From: Burkholderiales bacterium
GTDB lineage: Bacteria > Pseudomonadota > Gammaproteobacteria > Burkholderiales > JACQAP01
Length of the DNA: 64,000 bases
Assembly: GCA_036000845.1 (NCBI GenBank)
Contig: DASYUW010000050.1
Span: 8,238-72,237 of the forward strand
Reading direction: 5' to 3'
Shown: piece by piece, positions 26,385 through 34,179 of the stretch
Numbering within the stretch: position 1 is the stretch's first letter
Layout: every line of letters begins with the position of its first letter
Position numbers and translations under genes: made by a program
Notes under the pieces: model-generated
Told to the model about the DNA's origin: nothing
The model's input: the letters and a program-made list of their open reading frames with translations, nothing else
Databases searched by the model: none

Positions 26385-27245
26385 TCAGGGCTTCAGGATG
26401 CGCAAATCCAGACCTTTGCCGACCGCTTGCGCACGGTTGACCACGTTCAGTTTGCGCAGAATTTTCTGCACGTGGTTCTTCACGGTCAGCGGACTAATGT
26501 TGAGAATGGTCCCGATCTCGAAGTTGCTCTTGCCGAGGTAGATCCATCTCAGAATCTCCTGCTCCCGTAGCGTGACGTTGGTCGCTTCTGCAGGCTTCGG
26601 ACCGTCGTTACTTTTGGTGCGGCCATTGATCTGTGTGCGCACCCATGCCGAGTGCAGAAACGGCACTGCCAGTTGCGCGAGGTAGGCCTGCTTTGACCCG
26701 ATCGTTCCCCGCCTACAGGCAAAGGTGAAAAAGCTGGTCACCCGGCCGTCGGCGTCGTGGGTGCCGTGCGCCAGGAGCTGTGTAGCCCCCATGCGCTCCA
26801 GTTCCCGCGCAAAGGCACCGTTAGCAAACTGGCCGCCATTACCCCCCTCGCAGATCACGGGGCGAAAATGGCGTTCCTCCCAGGCCTTGATCAGGCTCGG
26901 CGCGACCAACGCATCGCGCAGGAACATCTCGCCAAAAATTGCAGGATCCGGTGCGATCGTCGAAAAGCTGTCGGCGCGAAATGACAGCGGTTCGCCGTCG
27001 CGCAGCGCGCAGATCAGCGCCTCATGCCTGATCAGACTTTGCAGCAATCCCTGCGTCCAACTGAAGAAATGCGCGCGCTCATGCACCCTGAGCGATGCAT
27101 CCAAGTTGAGCATGAGCGTTTCGAGCTGGAGTGCGTCCAATGCCTCGGGAAATCCGCTCGCGCTGCCGTTCCCCGTCGCGAGGTCTGGACATTCAATGGG
27201 ATGAGGCTCGCGCTGCTGCGCTAATTCTGGTTGACTGTGTCGCAC
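26385..27245 (-). CDS. epsA: LuxR-family transcriptional regulator, EpsA-type
   Basis: 286 aa. The C-terminal HTH is REQEILRWIYLGKSNFEIGTILNISPLTVKNHVQKILRKLNV. The N-terminal ~200 aa are not a receiver domain. It sits at the edge of the eps locus. Confidence 0.8.
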   Translation of the reverse strand: MRHSQPELAQQREPHPIECPDLATGNGSASGFPEALDALQLETLMLNLDASLRVHERAHFFSWTQGLLQSLIRHEALICALRDGEPLSFRADSFSTIAPDPAIFGEMFLRDALVAPSLIKAWEERHFRPVICEGGNGGQFANGAFARELERMGATQLLAHGTHDADGRVTSFFTFACRRGTIGSKQAYLAQLAVPFLHSAWVRTQINGRTKSNDGPKPAEATNVTLREQEILRWIYLGKSNFEIGTILNISPLTVKNHVQKILRKLNVVNRAQAVGKGLDLRILKP

Positions 27246-27588
27246 GACACCTTCGCCAAGGAAGGAAACAACCGCAATATAGACGCGTGCATATTACGCA
27301 GATGTGACACGGAAACCCCGGCACGATCGGGCCGCCAGACATTCCGCAGCCTCTTCTTTATCATGGACATTTGACGGACGTCGCGAGGCGGCCGAACGGG
27401 CCCTTGCAACTCGCAGGGCCGAATACCGATCGTCCGCCCGATGCGCTTTCAAGCGGCCGGCCATGGTCCACCAGGCGTATCAGTTCGTTGCGAAGAAAAC
27501 CGCCCGGTCCCAAGCCACTGCGAAGGACTTCGCGGTAGTCCGATAGGGCTATCGCGGTCGGACTCCCACTACATCGTTAGAGAATTTT

Positions 27589-28281
27589 TCAGTTCGCCTC
27601 GATCCGGAAACGGTATCCGGCTCCGCGTACCGTCTCGATCGCCTTATCGTGCCCAGTCGGTGCCAGCCCCTGGCGAAGCCTGCGGATGTGGACGTCAACC
27701 GTACGTTCTTCGACGAATGCGTCGTGGCCCCAGATTTCATCGAGGAGTTTGGCGCGGCTGAAGATGCGGCCGGGGTGCGTCATGAAAAAATGCAGCAAAC
27801 GGAATTCGGTGGTCCACAAATCGATTGCGCGGTCGCCGGCAGTGACGCGGCGCGCCGCGGGATCCAGTTGAAGACCTGCGATCTCGACCACGTCGTCGGC
27901 GAGTTGCGGCGTGCGCCTGCGCATTACCGCCTTGATACGTGCAAGCAACTCGCGCCCGGAATACGGCTTGGTTACGTAATCATCCGCTCCGCCCTCCAAC
28001 GCCGCCACCTTGTCCTGTTCTTCCGCGCGCTCGCTGATCAGGACAATCGAGATGTCCCTGGTACGTTGATCTCTGCGCAGCTGGCGCGCGAACGGAAGCC
28101 CCGGAATGCCCGGCAACACCCAGTCGAGCAAAACCAGGTCGGGACGGACCTCGCGTACCAGCGCCTCGGCCTGCGCGACGTCGCCGGCGCAGCGTACCTT
28201 GTATCCGGAATTCTGAAGATTGGCCGTAAGCATCTGACGAGCAGATGCCTCGTCTTCGACTACCAGGATGGAACCGTCCAT
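27589..28281 (-). CDS. OmpR/PhoB-family response regulator
   Basis: Start MDGSILVVEDE at 28281 is preceded by AAGGAGAAAG. The receiver (DLVLLDWVLPG) is followed by a winged-helix output domain (TVDVHIRRLRQGL...VRGAGYRF). Confidence 0.9.
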   Translation of the reverse strand: MDGSILVVEDEASARQMLTANLQNSGYKVRCAGDVAQAEALVREVRPDLVLLDWVLPGIPGLPFARQLRRDQRTRDISIVLISERAEEQDKVAALEGGADDYVTKPYSGRELLARIKAVMRRRTPQLADDVVEIAGLQLDPAARRVTAGDRAIDLWTTEFRLLHFFMTHPGRIFSRAKLLDEIWGHDAFVEERTVDVHIRRLRQGLAPTGHDKAIETVRGAGYRFRIEAN

Positions 28282-28489
28282 GGCTTTCTCCTTCTTTGTT
28301 TGACCGGTCCTGAGAAGCTCGAGCCGCGAATCCACTTCAACAGGCGAGAAACTCGTGCAGCCCGTCGCTCTTCCCATTACGGTACGGTTGACGCTCGCAT
28401 GGTAGTGGCCCGCCATCCGGACCACTATACGGCGCTAACCTGATTTTTTTGTAGCAGGATCGTGTCCCACTGTAGCGGTCTATCTACAG

Positions 28490-29614
28490 CTACGCCTGTG
28501 GACGCGACATCGGGATCGCTACGGACACTGTGGTGCCGCGACCGGAGGTGCCCCGGATGCTCACCTCGCCGCCGAAAAGCTGTGCACGTTCCTGCATGCC
28601 CAGCAGGCCGAGCGACCTGTTACCTTGAATTTGACTTTCGGATATTCCGATTCCATCGTCCGCCACTTCGAGTTTGAGAAAATCGCCGGAAATGCTCAGC
28701 TGGACGTTGACACTGCTCGCCTTCGCATGGCGCGCAATGTTCGTCAGGATTTCCTGGAATATCCTGAACACGGCGGTCGATAATTCCTTGTCCGGAACTG
28801 CCTGGTCTTCCGGAAGCTTGATCCGGCAACGCATCCCCATGCGTTTCTGGAACTCCTTTGCCTGCCAGCCGATCGCCGCAACCAGCCCCATATCGTCGAG
28901 AATCTCTGGCCTCAGGCCGGTCGAAATCCTTCGAATAAGGTGCATCGTGGAATCGATGAGGCGGCACATGGTTTCGGTTTTCTCCACAAGCTGCGTCTCG
29001 GTTCCGGCAAGCCGCTTGGCCAGCCACATGATGTCCATCTTAAGACCGGTCAGCACCTGTCCGAGCTCGTCGTGGATCTCGCGTGCAATTCGGGCACGCT
29101 CCTCTTCGCGTATGGATATAAGGCGCGCGGCCAGCGCTCGCAACTGCACCTCTGACTCCCGCAATTGCGCCTCTGCAATTTTTCTCTCTTTGATTTCGTT
29201 GGTCAACGCCGCGTTCTTCTTGTGCAGATCGACGAATACCGACACCTTCGATCGCAGCACCTCCGGCACCAGCGGCTTCATCAGGTAATCCACGGCGCCG
29301 ACTTCGTATCCACGGAATGCGGATTCCATTTCCCTCGACACCCCGGTCAGAAAGATGATCGGTGTGTGCCGGGACCGTTCGCGCCGGCGAATCATGCCGG
29401 CGGTTTCGAAGCCATCCATCCCGGGCATGCGCACGTCGAGAAGAATGACGGCCGGGTTGTGCTTGAGCACAAGGCGTAACGCCTCTTCGCCGGACTGCGC
29501 ACGCAGCAGGTTTTGCCCCAGCGGTTCCAGCAGGCCTTCGAGCGCCAGCAAATTCTTGGGCTCGTCGTCGATCATCAGAATATCCACCTTCGAGTCGTCC
29601 ATGCGAGATTTCAT
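28490..29614 (-). CDS. Soluble hybrid sensor kinase: N-terminal receiver + HisKA_3 + HATPase_c
   Basis: The last 374 aa of track ORF 28490..30505. Receiver: ILMIDDEPKNL...VILLDVRMPGMDG...MKP. A coiled coil follows, then the H-box EEERARIAREIHDELGQ (NarX/DesK type) and the ATPase region (LEVADDGIGI...GLLGMQERAQLFGG). No TM or sensor domain. Confidence 0.85.
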   Translation of the reverse strand: MKSRMDDSKVDILMIDDEPKNLLALEGLLEPLGQNLLRAQSGEEALRLVLKHNPAVILLDVRMPGMDGFETAGMIRRRERSRHTPIIFLTGVSREMESAFRGYEVGAVDYLMKPLVPEVLRSKVSVFVDLHKKNAALTNEIKERKIAEAQLRESEVQLRALAARLISIREEERARIAREIHDELGQVLTGLKMDIMWLAKRLAGTETQLVEKTETMCRLIDSTMHLIRRISTGLRPEILDDMGLVAAIGWQAKEFQKRMGMRCRIKLPEDQAVPDKELSTAVFRIFQEILTNIARHAKASSVNVQLSISGDFLKLEVADDGIGISESQIQGNRSLGLLGMQERAQLFGGEVSIRGTSGRGTTVSVAIPMSRPQA

Positions 29615-29773
29615 CCTCCAGTCGGCAAGATTACCAATAAGTATCCGTGGATAAAAGCAGGCTACCTTGCATCCCCGATGACATTGCGTACCATACCGGC
29701 TTGTCTGAAAGGCTCGCCCCATCCCGGGAAGTCCATGCCCCGTCGTGATACGCAGACCGTGACAGTGTCCTTT

Positions 29774-30703
29774 ATGCGCACCTTGGTCCTGGTTTTCTCT
29801 ACAGCGACAGTGCTGGCGGCCTGCGCTTCTCCGTGGCGCGAACAGGTTGTCGCGCTCCCGGCTGAAACATTGCCGACATCCGGATTCTCCTCGCTCACGC
29901 TCATCCCCACCGACAATCCGACCTTCGCCTACCGCGCGCTCGCCGAGCGCGTGCCGGCCATTCTGTCGGTGTGGAGCACCGACGAGACCGCGGTACGGGA
30001 TGCGTGCGACGCGCACGAGCCGAGAGGCAACGGCAAGGAATCCCCGGCCGTGGTGCTCGTTCCTTCCGCCAACCAATACGTGCTGTGGCGTCCGGCACTT
30101 GCCGACGCGAAAGTGGAAGAAGCGATGCAAAGCTACGCCCGCGTGACCGCGCAGGACGCGCGTCGGCCGTTCTACGGCGACCCCGAGCGCCGCAACCTCG
30201 AACCGGCGTGGCGCTGTTTCCGTTTCACCCGCTTCGTCAATCGGGACGATGACGCCCCGGCATTCGACTTCGTCGGACAGCTGCGGCTCGGGGACAGCGG
30301 CGACTACGTGCAGGTGCGACCGCTGCGTCTGTACGTCGCTCCGGGAGCCCAGCGCCACCTCGCGATCGGCCTGCGGCTGGAGGCCGTGTGGCGGCAGGGA
30401 AACATCGGCAAACTGGAGACCGTGTTCGAACCGGTGTTGCTGGCGATGCGATTGAAACCCAACGTCGAGGAGTTGCACTACTTCCTGGATAAGTACTGGG
30501 AGCACTACCCGATTCTGCCGGTGGTCCCGGTATCGATGGATGCGCGCGGCCGACCGGTGCAGACGGCGCCGGCCACGGTGACCGTGACCGCGGTCGAGTT
30601 TCGCAAGCCCGACCAGGCGAAGGAAGCGCTGCTACGTACGGCACGCAGCTCCGGAGATCACCTGGGCGCACTGATCGCAGCCGCGCTGGCGGCAGATCGA
30701 TAG
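29774..30703 (+). CDS. Lipoprotein of unknown function
   Basis: Start chosen at MRTLVLVFSTATVLAAC (lipobox LAAC) inside track ORF 29513..30703. No motif I recognise. Divergent from the hybrid kinase. Confidence 0.55.
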   Translation: MRTLVLVFSTATVLAACASPWREQVVALPAETLPTSGFSSLTLIPTDNPTFAYRALAERVPAILSVWSTDETAVRDACDAHEPRGNGKESPAVVLVPSANQYVLWRPALADAKVEEAMQSYARVTAQDARRPFYGDPERRNLEPAWRCFRFTRFVNRDDDAPAFDFVGQLRLGDSGDYVQVRPLRLYVAPGAQRHLAIGLRLEAVWRQGNIGKLETVFEPVLLAMRLKPNVEELHYFLDKYWEHYPILPVVPVSMDARGRPVQTAPATVTVTAVEFRKPDQAKEALLRTARSSGDHLGALIAAALAADR

Positions 30704-30741
30704 CTGCAGGAAGCAAACCGCCGACGCGGCGCCGGACCGGT

Positions 30742-31251
30742 TCACGGCGTCGCGTCGCCGCCTCGATTTGCTCCGTCCCGTCGCATACGCAGGCGCAGCG
30801 TGCCGTCGGCCTGCGACACTTGGAAATGACGCAGGAAATTCTGACCGAGGAGGCCTTCTCCATCATGCGCCGGCATCACCGCAACGGTAAGGCCGGAAAG
30901 CTCGAACACGTCCGCCTTTACGGTCTGGTTTCTCACCACCCGGCCCTCGACAGTGCCGTTGGCGGTGCTGAAATAGCCGGGGATTCCTTCCGGCAATCCG
31001 GCCGAACGGGCGAACTCCGCGCCGACCGATACGTAACTGGCGCCAGTGTCGATCATGAATCGCAGAGGCACGCCGTTCACCGCACCATCGAGGTAGTGGT
31101 GACCGTTGCGCGAGACCGGTATCGCGATCTCCTGCCTTCCACCGGCCAGCGAACGCGCGACCGGCGGCGGCACCATCATGCGCTCGGTCATGAGATAACC
31201 GGCGAACACCAAGCCGACCCAGACCGCGGTCCAGAACAGATGTCCCTTCAT
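30742..31251 (-). CDS. Membrane-anchored retropepsin-like (clan AA, DTGA-type) aspartic protease
   Basis: 169 aa with one N-terminal TM helix and the motif FMIDTGASYVSV. Confidence 0.8.
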   Translation of the reverse strand: MKGHLFWTAVWVGLVFAGYLMTERMMVPPPVARSLAGGRQEIAIPVSRNGHHYLDGAVNGVPLRFMIDTGASYVSVGAEFARSAGLPEGIPGYFSTANGTVEGRVVRNQTVKADVFELSGLTVAVMPAHDGEGLLGQNFLRHFQVSQADGTLRLRMRRDGANRGGDATP

Positions 31252-31263
31252 CTGAAGCGGTGC

Positions 31264-31467
31264 TGGTGATTGGTGACTGGTGATTGGTAATTAGAGAAAA
31301 ACAGGACTCAGGACGCGGGATTCAGGACTCAGTGAAAAGAAAGCCAGATATTGAATGCAGGACTCGATGAAAAAACACTTCCGACCGACCGCTTTGCTCC
31401 CTCTCTCCGGTACCCGGGTAGAGGGCCGGGGTGACGGGCAAGTCCTGAGCCCTGAATCCTGAGCCCC
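31264..31467. repeat. Heptamer-array element: TGGTGAY x4 (31264-31291), CAGGACT-type x4 (31302-31332), and inverted AGTCCTG-type x3-4 (31441-31467)
   Basis: Read directly: TGGTGAT TGGTGAC TGGTGAT TGGTAAT; CAGGACT CAGGACG CGGGATT CAGGACT; AGTCCTG AGCCCTG AATCCTG AGCCCC. The last two arrays are mutually complementary across a ~108-nt spacer. Confidence 0.75.
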
Positions 31468-31474
31468 GTCTTTA

Positions 31475-32035
31475 TTATCCCGTGGTCCGGCGCAGGTATT
31501 CGCCAGTGCGGGTGTCGATTTCGATCTTGTCGCCGATGGCGCAGAACAGCGGCACGCGCACTTCGAAGCCGGTGGCGATCTTGGCGGGCTTGAGCACCTT
31601 GCCCGAGGTATCGCCGCGCACCGCCGGCTCGGTGTAAGTGACCTCGCGCACCACCGTGTTGGGTAGTTCCACCGAAATCGCCCTGTCGTCATAGAACACC
31701 ACCTGGCAGGGCAGGCCTTCCTCGAGGTAGTTGAGCGCGTCGCCCATGTTCTCCTTGTCCACCTCGAACTGGTTGTACTCGGCGTCCATGAACACGTACG
31801 AGGGCTCGGAGTAATACGAATACGTCAGTTCCCTGCGGTCGAGGACCAGGTTCTCGAGCTTTTCGTCGGCCTTGTAGACCACCTCGCTGACGCCGCCGGT
31901 CAGCAGGTTCTTGAGTTTCATCTTCATGACGGCTGAGTTGCGGCCGCCCTTGTTGTATTCGGCGCGCTGCACGACCATCGGATTCTTGCCGACCATGATT
32001 ACGTTGCCGGCGCGCAGTTCCTGTGCCTGTCTCAT
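31475..32035 (-). CDS. efp: Elongation factor P (Arg32 type)
   Basis: Start [15 protein letters not shown]. The loop [21 protein letters not shown] places Arg at the modified position. Full-length collinearity with EF-P. Confidence 0.95.
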   Translation of the reverse strand: MRQAQELRAGNVIMVGKNPMVVQRAEYNKGGRNSAVMKMKLKNLLTGGVSEVVYKADEKLENLVLDRRELTYSYYSEPSYVFMDAEYNQFEVDKENMGDALNYLEEGLPCQVVFYDDRAISVELPNTVVREVTYTEPAVRGDTSGKVLKPAKIATGFEVRVPLFCAIGDKIEIDTRTGEYLRRTTG

Positions 32036-32091
32036 CGTGTTTCCTGACAAATCAACAAATAGTGGGTTGGGCGAAAAGAAAAAGCGTCGAA

Positions 32092-33213
32092 TTATAGCCT
32101 TTCCGCACAAAATTTAGCCAGATTCCCAGCCAGATCGCCGGGTCCGGCGAGTCGTTGTTCCCAGGCCTGCGCCAATTCCCGATATTCCGGCCCGCTGCAG
32201 GCCGTCCAGGCTGCCGCCAGCCCATCGACCGCGGCAAAACCGTTCCACACCGCCCACAGTTTGGCCAGATTTGCGCTGGTGCCGGGCCCGGCATGCTCGA
32301 GATAGCGTGCCAGGAAGGCCTCGACCTTCAACCGGTGCGCATCGCCGGCCTGCGGATAGGCCTGCCAGACCAACGGTCGGGCCGCCAACTGCGCACGTAC
32401 GAAGGAATCCTCGCCGCGCACGAAATTCCAGTCGCAGGACCACAGTACGCGGTCGTAGTCGTATTGCGAAAGAAAGGGGAGCATTTGCGCAATGAGCGTG
32501 CCGACCCGCCCGCCTCCCGCCAGGCCGCGTGCCGCGAGCACATCCGCGGCCGCGGTGCCGGCAAACGCAAGCGCGCGCACCGGGCGCCCGCCGGTAGCCC
32601 AGACGTCCAGGAGCGCAGCGACCGGCGCCTCGGGATAGCAGAACAGCGAGACCAGCTGCTCGCCGTGGGCCCGCGGCAGCACGCCGAGCGACGCCAGAAA
32701 CTGCGCCACGCCGCCCGCGTCGGACTGGAATGCCAGCCGCCGCGCGGCCAATCCCTTTTCGACCAGCACGCCGCCGGTACCGGGGACAAAGCCAGGGAAG
32801 AAGAAGTACTTCGTCAGAGGCAGCCGCTGATGCGGCGACGGCAGGCCATGGCAGCCGCCGACCCAGGGTTCGGCGCTCAGATATTCGAGATTGATCCACA
32901 CCGGCGACCGTGCACGCCCGGCCATGGCCTCGACAAACGAAGCCGGCAATTCGCAGCCGAAAGTCTCCACCACCATATCGGCAGGCTCCACCGCCGGAAA
33001 CGGCGTGATCCAGCGCCGCACCTCGACGCCGTCGAGCGACTGCGCACCGCTTCCGGGATCGAGCGCCGGCGCCAGCCGCCCGAAGGTCGCCAGATCATCG
33101 ACCCAAAGCCGCACCGCGGCGCCGTGTTCGGCGGCAAGCTGGCGCGCCAGCCGCCAGCTAACACCGATGTCGCCGAAATTGTCGACGACGTTGCAGAAGA
33201 GATCCCAGCGCAT
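32092..33213 (-). CDS. earP: EF-P arginine-32 rhamnosyltransferase EarP
   Basis: [31 protein letters not shown] is the hallmark EarP N-terminus. The gene is adjacent to the Arg-type efp. The track start 33219 is a TTG; I prefer ATG 33213. Confidence 0.85.
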   Translation of the reverse strand: MRWDLFCNVVDNFGDIGVSWRLARQLAAEHGAAVRLWVDDLATFGRLAPALDPGSGAQSLDGVEVRRWITPFPAVEPADMVVETFGCELPASFVEAMAGRARSPVWINLEYLSAEPWVGGCHGLPSPHQRLPLTKYFFFPGFVPGTGGVLVEKGLAARRLAFQSDAGGVAQFLASLGVLPRAHGEQLVSLFCYPEAPVAALLDVWATGGRPVRALAFAGTAAADVLAARGLAGGGRVGTLIAQMLPFLSQYDYDRVLWSCDWNFVRGEDSFVRAQLAARPLVWQAYPQAGDAHRLKVEAFLARYLEHAGPGTSANLAKLWAVWNGFAAVDGLAAAWTACSGPEYRELAQAWEQRLAGPGDLAGNLAKFCAERL

Positions 33214-33217
33214 AGGC

Positions 33218-33305
33218 AAGGATGAAGGATGAGGGATGAAGGATGAAGGAAAGTCAAAAGCCTTTGAACTTACTTCATCCTTCTGCCTTCCGCCTTCATA
33301 CTTGC
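33218..33305. repeat. Heptamer-array hairpin, AAGGATG family (copy 1)
   Basis: Left arm: AAGGATG AAGGATG AGGGATG AAGGATG AAGGAAA. Right arm: TACTTCA TCCTTCT GCCTTCC GCCTTCA TACTTGC. The arms are largely complementary. The loop-proximal ttgaacttacttcatcc is shared with 60793-60809. Confidence 0.8.
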
Positions 33306-33307
33306 TT

Positions 33308-34045
33308 TCAGGCCATCCCCCCGTTGATCGAGATGACCTGGCCGGAGATGTAGCCGGCTTCGTCGGACGCCAGAAATGCGGCCAGCGCCGCGACTTCCTC
33401 GGGGGTGCCGGCGCGTTTCATCGGCACCATCGCATCGATCGTTTCTTTGGGGAAAACCTGCGCGGTCATCGGCGTGGCGATGATTCCCGGCGCAATCGCG
33501 TTTACTGTGACGCCGCGCGAGGCCAGTTCAAGCGCCAGCGACTTGGTGGCGCCGTGCAGGCCGGCCTTTGCCGCCGCGTAGTTGACCTGGCCGCGGTTGC
33601 CCATCACGCCGGTCAGCGAGGAGATGTTGATGATGCGGCCCCAGCGGGTTCCCATCATCGGTAGCAGCAATGGCTGGGTGACGTTGTAGAAGCCGTTGAG
33701 CGACACGTCGATTACGCGATCCCACTGCTCGCCGCGCATTCCGGCGAGTGGCGCGTCGTCGTGCACGCCGGCGTTGTTGACGAGCACCTGGATCGGCGCC
33801 TCGTCGATAAGCGCGCCGAGCGCTCTGGCGGCGTCGCCGCGGTCGGTTACGTCGAAAGCGATTGCCTGCGCCTTCGCCCCGCCTGCGCGCAATTGCGTGG
33901 CGAGCTCCTCAGCGGCCCCAAGCCGGTTGTTGGCGTGCACGATCACCTCCAAGCCCCGGGCGGCGAGCATGCGGCAGATCGCCACGCCGATTGCACCGCT
34001 ACCGCCGGTCACCAATGCGCGTTTCGCCCTCGTTGAATCAATCAT
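33308..34045 (-). CDS. fabG: 3-oxoacyl-ACP reductase (FabG/ApeQ-like SDR)
   Basis: 245 aa. TGGSGAIG cofactor motif, NNAG, and the catalytic YAAAKAG. Confidence 0.9.
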   Translation of the reverse strand: MIDSTRAKRALVTGGSGAIGVAICRMLAARGLEVIVHANNRLGAAEELATQLRAGGAKAQAIAFDVTDRGDAARALGALIDEAPIQVLVNNAGVHDDAPLAGMRGEQWDRVIDVSLNGFYNVTQPLLLPMMGTRWGRIINISSLTGVMGNRGQVNYAAAKAGLHGATKSLALELASRGVTVNAIAPGIIATPMTAQVFPKETIDAMVPMKRAGTPEEVAALAAFLASDEAGYISGQVISINGGMA

Positions 34046-34179
34046 TGCCGAATTCTGCCGGAAATATTCTCTTGGGTCTGCGGTTTACGGCGGGTAATAT
34101 TCGCCACACGACACGAACCCGCCTTACTACCGGAAATGTCGACGACAGCATCGCAAATCTGCGCTCCGGGTATGCCGGC

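Noticed and set aside
29615-30505. N-terminal 297-aa extension of the hybrid kinase ORF (track 28490..30505, 671 aa)
   Set aside because: The extension is low-complexity (Arg/Gly/His-rich) and is antisense to the lipoprotein gene. The receiver domain begins right after an internal ATG (29614), and receiver domains normally start within a few residues of the N-terminus.
33862-34179. Upstream 106 codons of the halogenase-like ORF
   Set aside because: This part is antisense to the well-supported fabG gene and is Pro/Arg/Ala-rich. The FAD-binding GxGxxG normally lies within ~15 residues of the start, which favours a start near 34180.
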